A stretch of 64,000 nucleotides of DNA from Calditrichia bacterium (lineage in GTDB: Bacteria; Calditrichota; Calditrichia; JAJRVZ01): assembly GCA_963796965.1 (NCBI GenBank), contig CAWCNS010000008.1, forward strand, positions 32,001 through 96,000, written 5' to 3'. The notes beneath the pieces are model-generated. The model was not told where the DNA came from. It worked only from the letters and a program-made list of their open reading frames with translations, and searched no databases. The position numbers and the translations under genes are program-made. How positions within the stretch are numbered: position 1 is the stretch's first letter; each line of letters starts with the position of its first letter. Positions 43,372-51,676 of the stretch are shown here, in pieces.

Positions 43372-43482
43372 AATTACTCCTTTTAAATTATTAAATATTG
43401 AGAGACCTTTAGAGGCAATCCACAAGTGCTATCACGTATAATGTGAGTTTTCACCACCTAAACAATGTAAAGAGATTCCGTA

Positions 43483-44604
43483 TTACAAGTCCCCTTGAAT
43501 GTATACAGATACAGGAATATTCCCTTCCCCATTTACAAATTCTGCATCCGGAACTTCTATTTTAAATGTATGAGTACCAACTGCCAAATTTTCTAACCCA
43601 TAAATTCTGGTGGGAATCTTATCGCCAGGACACCAATTATTCCACGAAGTCCACTCTGATTCAGATCTTGGCGTTGACCCATAAATACCGTTTCCTTGTG
43701 TATTGTATTGCCTAAAGGGTTCGCATGATTTACCGCCAGGCTTGTAAGTGGCAATTAATTTATCATCGAAATAAATATTATGAATTCTTCTATTGTATTC
43801 TTCACCACCGGCATTTGCCCCATGGTTAGAAGTTATTACATACATTTTTACATTTGTCATAGGTGAAGCAACATCTACATTAAATATTCTTACAGTTTGT
43901 CCGGGACTATCAGAATTATTCGAATTATTCAAGCTAGCGAATGTTGCAACAGGTATTATTTGTTGATTTGGTTTTTTTGAATACTTCCCTGATGAATTAA
44001 ATTTTAAAGTTCCCAAAAATACATCATTCCTTCCAGCACATCCCGCTACTTCATTCTGGGCAGCATACGGAACTCCAAAAACACTAAATTCTATCCAAAA
44101 ATCGTATTCGTTTGAAATGTCAGTATCTCTTAAATATTTAGCAATATTACTAATATCAAAAAAATATGGTACTTCGTTTGGATATTTATTTTTATCCATA
44201 AATGGCGTAATAAACCTGGCTATTTCAATTTGACTAACTACAATATCCTCATGGTATGGATATCCCTTTTCTATTAAACTCAAAAATACTTTTCCAATTC
44301 TATCGTAATTATCACATGCAGCCTCAATTATAATTTCCAGTTCCAAACTATCTCCGATGGCCTCAATTTCCGACTTTGTCAATTTCGTAATGTACGAACT
44401 ATTTGATATTCTCTTAATTCCGGAATGATGGATCTCAGAAACTTTTTCAGCATAACCATCATAAAACACCACCATATCAAATAATGTCATATTTGGCGGC
44501 TCTGGAGTTGTCGGGTTTGATTCAACAGGATTGTCTTCGCTACAGTTTGGCAAAATGATAATCAGAAGTAATGTAATAATAATTGACACTATTAATCGTT
44601 TCAT
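43483..44604 (-). CDS. Peptide-N-glycosidase F-related lipoprotein
   Basis: Lipobox ILPNC; ACDNYDRIG; EIARFITPF; SNHGAN.GGEEY.RR; NNWCPG. Confidence 0.85.
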   Translation of the reverse strand: MKRLIVSIIITLLLIIILPNCSEDNPVESNPTTPEPPNMTLFDMVVFYDGYAEKVSEIHHSGIKRISNSSYITKLTKSEIEAIGDSLELEIIIEAACDNYDRIGKVFLSLIEKGYPYHEDIVVSQIEIARFITPFMDKNKYPNEVPYFFDISNIAKYLRDTDISNEYDFWIEFSVFGVPYAAQNEVAGCAGRNDVFLGTLKFNSSGKYSKKPNQQIIPVATFASLNNSNNSDSPGQTVRIFNVDVASPMTNVKMYVITSNHGANAGGEEYNRRIHNIYFDDKLIATYKPGGKSCEPFRQYNTQGNGIYGSTPRSESEWTSWNNWCPGDKIPTRIYGLENLAVGTHTFKIEVPDAEFVNGEGNIPVSVYIQGDL

Positions 44605-44841
44605 AAGTTCCTATTAAATTAATTTTTATAATAACTTTATTTATTTAAGTTTTGCATAGAATTATTAAATTCAAGTTGTGACGATATTTTCGATAATTTA
44701 CTAAAATAACCGCCACATTTGGAAAAAATCTTTACGTTCATTAGAACTCCTTATATTAAGCTTTTTTTTGAGGGTCTTATAGTGTGCCCAGCGGTTGGAA
44801 CAGCATCAGGTTTGGGATCGTTCTTTCGTTACTTATCAGCG

Positions 44842-45336
44842 CTATTTGTGATATAATACAATATTTCGGCCTTGAGTTTCATAAATTGCATTCTCTAAAC
44901 CAGTTTTATGGTCACGGTAGTGCTCCCTATACTTTTTTTGCCAACCACCAGGGCCATATTTTTTATCTAAAAGCTCTATTACCTCTGGCCTACGTAGTAT
45001 CATTGCATAAAGACATAAACTGGTGAACGTAATAAAATCGAGTTCACTCTCCTCATTGAAATATTCGACACCATCAACATCCAAGATAAGCAGTTCCGCT
45101 TCAACCCGAATATTAGTATATTTAGATGATACAACTATACTTTTCTCAGAAACGTCATTCACCATTTCTATTGAATCACTATTCCAGCTACCCTGTTCAG
45201 AGATTAGTAATGATAACACTCTGGAACCATAGGAGAACCCGGCATGTCTAAAACGGCAGTTTTCCCCAAATAGACCGATATCAAAATACTGCTTTTTGGA
45301 GTGATTAGCATAAACGTATTCTATTCCCATAATCAT
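44842..45336 (-). CDS. Hypothetical protein
   Basis: 164-aa ORF beginning MGIEYVYANHSKKQYFD; preceded by a GTTAAGC core-site-like heptamer. Confidence 0.6.
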   Translation of the reverse strand: MIMGIEYVYANHSKKQYFDIGLFGENCRFRHAGFSYGSRVLSLLISEQGSWNSDSIEMVNDVSEKSIVVSSKYTNIRVEAELLILDVDGVEYFNEESELDFITFTSLCLYAMILRRPEVIELLDKKYGPGGWQKKYREHYRDHKTGLENAIYETQGRNIVLYHK

Positions 45337-45511
45337 CCCTCTGCTTAACGTAAAGGAAACCGAAAAAACAGCCTTCGGAGTTTTTTAGATTAGATCAATT
45401 TTCTGGTGGATCCTTGATAAATACAATAAAGATTGGAATGAGAGAAATTCTTATAAACCACTTTCTAAATTTTTTCACCTCAGGTTTCCTATTCTTATTT
45501 TTGCTAAAAAT

Positions 45512-47463
45512 TTAATTGTTTTCTTCCATCCAGGACATTGCCTCAAAAACTTTTTTATGATTTCCAGAAAATATGATAGTGTCGTACTTTTCAATACACA
45601 ATTCTGATAGTGCTCGGATCAACACTTTATTCTGACGGATAACACCAATAACGTTCATATCCTTATAGCTAAAAGGATCAAGTTCTCTTAACCTTTTTGA
45701 AACATGTTTTGAATAAGGGCTAATAAAAAACAGCTCATTGTCTTGTTCAATAAAATCAAGTATAGCCTATCTTCCATGCATCACGCGATTCTTGTTTGAA
45801 GAAAAAGCGATAATGTTCTTTTCTTAATAAATTAGTCTGTATGCGTGAAATATGATCGGGCATATTATAAAATTTGAGTATATGATGAATGAATATAAGA
45901 GAGGTTTCCATGTCCTGTGAGAGAACTAAATCAGCACCTAAATTATAAAATGTCTCTACTTGCGTAAGAAAATTGACTCGAACAATTATTTTTACAGAAG
46001 GATTTAAACTTCTGGCCAGTATTATCGATCTTTGTAGCAGCATCCACATCGTTAATGGCAATTACAATTAGTGAAGCCTTTGAGATGCCCATTACATTCA
46101 TATTTGCTTTACGATCTATGCTCCCAAAATGGATGGGTTCACCAATTGATTTATATTTTTTTACGGTTGAAGAATTTAATTCCACTATTAAATAAGGAAT
46201 GTCTAGTAGCTTTAATATGCGACTAATATTTTGACCATTAACACCATAGCCAGCTATAATCGTATGGTTACTAAGCGGTTGTGATTGATCAGATTCAGAA
46301 ATTTCTTTTTTAAGTTTCTCATACGCAGAGATTTTTTTTCCGATTTTTAACGCAAGTGGAATCGAAAACATGCTCAGAATTGCCGCTGATAATAGAATCT
46401 GATGGATATCCTGGTTAAAAATAGTTTGATCCTGTGCTATTCTTAATAGGATAAAGGAAAATTCACCGATATGAGCCAAACCAAATGCTGTTAAAACTCC
46501 CGTGTTCAATGGATTACGAGAAATTAAGAATAATGCTAGAATTAAGATCACTTTTACACAAATTATTATCAAAGTAATCAAGAAAATTTCTGTAAAATGT
46601 GTTATGAAGAAAGAAATATTTACAAACATTCCAATCGATATAAAAAATATTGAATTAAAAATATGCCTCGAGGGGATAATATCTGTATTTATCTGATGTG
46701 CATAATCAGTATCAGAAATAGCAATTCCTACGATAAAGGCACCCATAGCCAAAGTAATACCTAACTCATGGCCGATAAATGCCACACCGAATAGAAACAC
46801 AAAAACGAGTATCGTTAACAAATCCTGTATCTGTAAATTTATAATAAGACTGAATATTTTTGGTAGTATCATTTTGCTGACAAAATAAATGAAAATAACA
46901 CCAGCAAGAGCCCATAAAATATTTATGATAACATTCATGGGTTGAGTTTCGCCCATTTGATTAAAAAATGGAAGTAATATCATAGCCGGAATGATAACCG
47001 CATCCTGAAAAAGAAGGATAGCTGTCATTTTCAATCCTGGAGGGGAATTGAGCTCATCACTATCCTGTAATAATTTTAATACAATAGCGGTACTGCTCAA
47101 CGCCAAAATAAATCCACCCAACACGGCTTGATCTTCTTTCAATCCGTACATGTAAAGTAGAAAAAAGAAAACCAGCCATCCGGATAAAACCTGTAAACCA
47201 CCGAATAGAATAAAGTCTTTTCGAATCTTCAGGATTTTTGCCTTAGAAAATTCTAATCCGATAGTAAACATAAGTAATATGACACCAATTTCAGCCAGAG
47301 TTTCAATTTCTGAAATTGAATCCACTAACTTCAATGCAGATGGGCCAATGATAACGCCGGTAATTAAGAAACCACTAACAGGGGGAATTCTTAATTTTGA
47401 TAGTATCAGAATTATAAGAATAGCGAAAAATAAAATAAGGATAATATCTTTTAATAATACCAT
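45512..47463 (-). CDS. CPA2 cation/H+ antiporter with TrkA_N/RCK domains (KefB/KefC-like), frameshifted
   Basis: GVIIGPSAL; LAEIGVILLMFTIGLEFS; ALSSTAIV; LLFQD; GAFIVG; FFISIG; AHIGEFSF; HTIIAGYGVNG; RCK_C-like tail to TAA at 45512. Confidence 0.88.
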
Positions 47464-47585
47464 GATCCAGTATAAATTAAGATGAGTAATTATAGAATAT
47501 TTTGATATCGACAATAATACATTTTAAATACTATAATTAAATATTAGAAATTATTACAATAAAGTTTTAGAAAAAAGTATTTTCG

Positions 47586-47645
47586 GCCTGAAGTAAGAAT
47601 AAGTTGCAGGCTACGAGGCCAGCCAACTTGATGCTTTTGTTATGT
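47586..47645 (-). other. attC-like site overlapping the DUF1801 stop codon; distal core site degenerate
   Basis: Minus strand ACATAAC-AAAA-GCATCAAG-TTG...CAA-CTTATTC-TTAC-TTCAGGC: R''/L'' box with an extra base, hairpin, L' and a degenerate R'. Confidence 0.6.
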
Positions 47646-48104
47646 GACTTTTTCCACCATTTTCCATCTATCCGGTGTTTTTAGCTTTTTATTTCGGTGA
47701 TAAGTTAATGCTAATGCAATGCATTGCTTTAACTCTTTTACCTTGATATCGTCATTTACGTTGAAATCAATACTCCTGTTTCCCCCAAATTTGAATTTTT
47801 GAGAAAATTTTTCTTTGAATGCCGGAACTAGGTTTGCCGTACATTTAAAGAATATAGAATATTGCTCTTTTTGGGATTCTTTCCAGGCAATCCTTATGGT
47901 GCTTCCAGATTTTGATTTTGGAGTTAGATAACTTGGTTCTCCCCATTTAAGTGTCTCTTCTATTTCTCCAATGCCTTCAATTGATGCAGCTGTGTCATAT
48001 ATTAACTGCCTAAGAAATAACATTTTTGATTCTATTTTTTGAGGATATGAATTAAAAACGACTGCAACTTCTGAATTTATTGGGATATTGGATTGATTAA
48101 CCAT
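47640..48104 (-). CDS. DUF1801 (YdhG-like) domain protein
   Basis: F.SYP; LRQLI; IEETLKWGEPSY; SGSTIRI.WK; GNRSI.F; CIALALTYH. Confidence 0.88.
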   Translation of the reverse strand: MVNQSNIPINSEVAVVFNSYPQKIESKMLFLRQLIYDTAASIEGIGEIEETLKWGEPSYLTPKSKSGSTIRIAWKESQKEQYSIFFKCTANLVPAFKEKFSQKFKFGGNRSIDFNVNDDIKVKELKQCIALALTYHRNKKLKTPDRWKMVEKVT

Positions 48105-48124
48105 TTACTTTTTCATCTTTTTGG

Positions 48125-48249
48125 TCACGGCGATTGTGCTAAGCCCCCGGAATGCACAGTGAATGTTTCTATCAATTTTTCTACCACCGGCTCGAGGAAG
48201 AAGCCAAACCCAAGACGCGCTTCCGGTCGGTTTTAGGACTTTGTTACAT
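48125..48249 (-). other. attC-like site, degenerate
   Basis: Minus strand ATGTAAC-AAAGTCCTAAAACCGACCGGAAGCGC ... GTGCATTCCGGGGGCTTAGCACAATC-GCCGTGA, starting about 14 nt after the 48263 stop. Confidence 0.55.
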
Positions 48250-48262
48250 ACATTTATAGTAT

Positions 48263-48643
48263 CTATGTGTAGATTTTTTTCTTACGACTTAACCACCCCA
48301 AGCCGACAAACAGAGCGAACCATACTAGGGTTCGTAAAATCATAGCGCGGAGGCTTTCAACAGCGATTGGGTTCCCTTCTGTGTAAAGAAAGTAGATAGT
48401 TGCCAGAACGACAAGGTTGAGAACAAAGATAGTTGCAGCCACATACATGCCCTTTTTAAGGATGCGCCAAGTGAAGATACCTGCTGCGACATACACAATG
48501 CCCATTGCTGTGTTAAAAAATAGCAGTGGTCTGAAAACAATATATCCTGGATCGTAACCGAGAAGGACACGAGAGCCTACGATAATTGTTGCAAGACCAA
48601 ATAGTATTGCAACGAGCACTAATATACTTTGAATGACTTTCAT
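48263..48643 (-). CDS. Small 4-TM membrane protein
   Basis: 126 aa, four hydrophobic segments, PGYIVFRPLL.FN..MG..Y..AG; GGGAG RBS. Confidence 0.75.
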   Translation of the reverse strand: MKVIQSILVLVAILFGLATIIVGSRVLLGYDPGYIVFRPLLFFNTAMGIVYVAAGIFTWRILKKGMYVAATIFVLNLVVLATIYFLYTEGNPIAVESLRAMILRTLVWFALFVGLGWLSRKKKIYT

Positions 48644-48798
48644 CTATCTCCCCCTGATTCTGCTTTCTCTTAAAATAAGGTGCATAGCGGCCATCCACAT
48701 TTTTTTATAAACCACCAACTTTGATTGGCGGAAAGTTTTCAGTGATAGGCTAGGCTTATGAATTCTCTTGGAGCATTATTATGTTTCCACAAGAATCC

Positions 48799-49122
48799 TC
48801 AAAGAGATTCTCTAATTTCCATTTTACTTCTACAATCTTCGTCAGAATATTTAGCATAATCATCCGGCTCAAATCCGGGGAGAATAGTTTTATCATTTCT
48901 CGCAAAAGCCAAAGCTCTATAAGCATAAATTCTTTCATCATCAATAATATGTATTAAAACTTCCTTGATTGACCATTTATCTATTGCATATTTGAATTCC
49001 AATTCATTTGTACTTAATGAATTCATAAGTTCTTTAGATTTTTCCAAATTGTCTTTCAACTGCTTTATAAGGCTCCCGTCTCTTTTAACCAATTGCATAT
49101 ACATTTCGGCATACGATGGGTA
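48799..49122 (-). pseudogene. DinB-family gene fragment
   Basis: YPSYAEMY; KYAIDKWSIKEVLIHIIDDERIYAYRALAFARND..LPGFE.DDY; lacks the normal N-terminus and the C-terminal His-containing half. Confidence 0.7.
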
Positions 49123-49148
49123 TAACCAATCAAGCACCACATCCCTTG

Positions 49149-49416
49149 CCAATATCCAATATTCAATAATCAATCTTCAATTTTCAATTAATCCCGTATC
49201 GCGGATCACGTATCTCAAATCCCCTATTTCCTATCACTTATCCTCCCGTGAAAAGAACCCAACCTTCCGGCCCCCGTAGAACGGGATCTTCGACAGGCTG
49301 CACATCCCCCTAGCCCCCCTTTCTAAGGAGGAATACATCACGCCAGCCCCTATCGCATATCTCATATCCATATCAGCATCCCATATCCCGCATCGCGTAT
49401 CCCACATCCCGTATCT
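49149..49416. repeat. Heptamer tandem arrays plus REP-like hairpins
   Basis: CAATATC/CAATATT/CAATAAT/CAATCTT run; ATCCCGT/ATCGCGG/ATCACGT/ATCTCAA run; CCCGTAGAACGGG hairpin; CCCCCTAGCCCCCCTTTCTAAGGAGG; ATCCCAT/ATCCCGC/ATCGCGT/ATCCCAC run. Confidence 0.8.
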
Positions 49417-51602
49417 CATTGCGTAAACGACGGCGGTGCATTCTCAGGACTGCTCCCCCAGTGTTTGTTCGGTTTTGGGCCCATGGTCAGCACCAAGGAT
49501 CCTCCCTGCTCTAATTCCCCATGATCGAGCCATGGTTTGTTGTGCGGTACCCCATTGAATACCGCGGATTGGATATATTTGTTCTGCGCAGACGTCTGTG
49601 GCGCTTCGATGGTAAAGGTCTTGCCATCGCTCAGCAAAAGCGTTGATATCTTAAACAGGGGACTGGAGATGAGCCAAACGGGATAATTGGGACAGATGAT
49701 CGATGCCGGCTTGATGCCGATGGCCGCATAGACATACCAGAGGGACATTAACCCGCTATCCTCGTCGCCGCAAATACCCAGAGGGCCGTCGCCATACCAG
49801 ATATCCATAATTTCCCGGACGCGTTTCTGGGTTTTCCAGGGCGCGCCGGCGTAATTGTACAGGTAGGGGATGTGCCGGGAGAATTCATTGCCGTGTGCAT
49901 ATTGACCAATCAAACCGGTCTGGTCGGGAAACTGCCCGAGAAAGCGTCCTTTCGCATCCGGCCGTCCGTACTGCGCGAGAAATAAGGCGTCTATCTTTTC
50001 AACAAACTTCCCTCTTCCCCCCATTAAGCTTATAAGACCATTTATATCATGGGGAACATAAAAGGTATAGACCCAGCTGTTCATCTCGGCAAAATAATCC
50101 CTGCCACCGAATCCACCAGACCAGATGGGATCAAAGGGTTCGACCCATTTCCCATCAGCCATTCTCGGGGCCATGAAACCTGTCTCAGGATTAAGAAGAT
50201 ACTGATAATCCAGGGCATGACCACTAAAATAGGCATGGTCCTCATCCTTGCCCAGAGCTTTCGCCAGCTGCGCCAGACACCAGCTTTCATAAGCCGCCTG
50301 GAGGGTGATGGTGACCGATTGCCGTTTTTCAAAATCGTCGACTTCCGGCACCCATTCTTTGGTATTGAGAGGCAAGGCAGGAATATAGCCCTTTTGCAGA
50401 TAAAACCGATCCAACTCCGTCAGGGGACCTGTGCGCCAGGGAATTTTGGTTGTTTCTATAAACTCGGTTTTCATATTCGCATAGGCTTTTTCCACATCAA
50501 AATCACGAATGCCGCGCAGGTACAAATCGGTAATAAAGCTGATGTTGAGATGCTGGAACATGATCTTCTGGCGATGGGTGGATGGCGCTAACTCATCCCT
50601 GGTTTTGGCCGCATAGGCCCGGGCTTGATTGAGTAACGCTTCATCGTTCAGGCGCATGCGCTGCAATAACTTCTTTCCGCCTCCCACTCGGTACAGCGCC
50701 GTATAAAAAATGGTCCGTTCTTTCTCCGATCCACCCTGCACTTCCAGGGTTTTAAAGGAGCGGTTCCAGGCCAATTTGGCATTTGCCTTAATGGCCTCAA
50801 AATCCCAATCGGAAATTTCCTTATCCAGATGGGCGATGGCCTGTTCGACATTTTTATTGGCGATACCGATTTTGATCAGGATCTGCTCCCGCTCTCCAGT
50901 ACTATATGAGGCAAAGGCGCCGATGGTATCACCGCTTTGCTGCCCGGCACCGGAGGCGATCTGGTCGCGGCTCCAGGTTCCGGAAGATTGGACAGGTTTG
51001 CTGAACATGGCGTGAAAATAGGCCCGGCCGCCCCTGGCAAGCTCGTACCCTTCCACAGTAGAATCATCCCGGATTTCCAGGTGCGCGTCTTTTGCCAGGC
51101 TTAAGAGTATATGTGACTTTTCTGATTTGGGGAAGGTGAACCGGTAGAAGACGCAATGGTCCGTGACCGTGCCCTCAACTTCGATATCATGCTTCTCCAG
51201 GTTGATCTTATAATAGTACGGCGTAGAGATTTCAAAATCATGATCAAATCCAGAGGCATTTTCAGCCGGTTGAATATTCAAGTCACCGCAGGAGGGCATG
51301 AGCAGTGCCGTGACCACGTATCTTCGATGCGAGGATTTGTGAAGGGGAAAACCGTAAATCTTATCGGCCAGGTATTTGTCGGTAATGCCTGGTGTCGTGT
51401 AGGGTGCAATTTTGACCATGCCGCCCGGCACTATTACATCCGGAGAAGTGGCGACCAGCAAATGGCCAATGCCGCCGATGTTCGGATTTACATACTCTAC
51501 TGGTGATTTTTTGTCAAATGAACACGCCATCAGCAGGAAAATAAGGCCTGCTAATGACAGGGTGTTGAATGATTTTAATCCCTGTATTCTTTTCATATTC
51601 AT
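49416..51602 (-). CDS. Glycoside hydrolase family 92 (alpha-mannosidase-like) lipoprotein
   Basis: YVNPNIGG; PYYY; FYTALYR; FAEMNSW.Y.F.VPHD; GQYAHGNE; YLYNYAG.PWKTQ; GDEDSG.MS.WYV; NKYIQS. Confidence 0.88.
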   Translation of the reverse strand: MNMKRIQGLKSFNTLSLAGLIFLLMACSFDKKSPVEYVNPNIGGIGHLLVATSPDVIVPGGMVKIAPYTTPGITDKYLADKIYGFPLHKSSHRRYVVTALLMPSCGDLNIQPAENASGFDHDFEISTPYYYKINLEKHDIEVEGTVTDHCVFYRFTFPKSEKSHILLSLAKDAHLEIRDDSTVEGYELARGGRAYFHAMFSKPVQSSGTWSRDQIASGAGQQSGDTIGAFASYSTGEREQILIKIGIANKNVEQAIAHLDKEISDWDFEAIKANAKLAWNRSFKTLEVQGGSEKERTIFYTALYRVGGGKKLLQRMRLNDEALLNQARAYAAKTRDELAPSTHRQKIMFQHLNISFITDLYLRGIRDFDVEKAYANMKTEFIETTKIPWRTGPLTELDRFYLQKGYIPALPLNTKEWVPEVDDFEKRQSVTITLQAAYESWCLAQLAKALGKDEDHAYFSGHALDYQYLLNPETGFMAPRMADGKWVEPFDPIWSGGFGGRDYFAEMNSWVYTFYVPHDINGLISLMGGRGKFVEKIDALFLAQYGRPDAKGRFLGQFPDQTGLIGQYAHGNEFSRHIPYLYNYAGAPWKTQKRVREIMDIWYGDGPLGICGDEDSGLMSLWYVYAAIGIKPASIICPNYPVWLISSPLFKISTLLLSDGKTFTIEAPQTSAQNKYIQSAVFNGVPHNKPWLDHGELEQGGSLVLTMGPKPNKHWGSSPENAPPSFTQ

Positions 51603-51617
51603 AGATTCCTTTTAATA

Positions 51618-51666
51618 ACCTCCCCCTTATGCCCCTCCTTACAAAGGAGGGGAAATAGGGGGTGGT
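51618..51666. repeat. REP-like 49-bp palindrome
   Basis: ACCTCCCCCTTATGCCCCTCCTT-ACA-AAGGAGGGGAAATAGGGGGTGGT, followed by AATTGTATTCTT. Confidence 0.88.
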
Positions 51667-51676
51667 AATTGTATTC

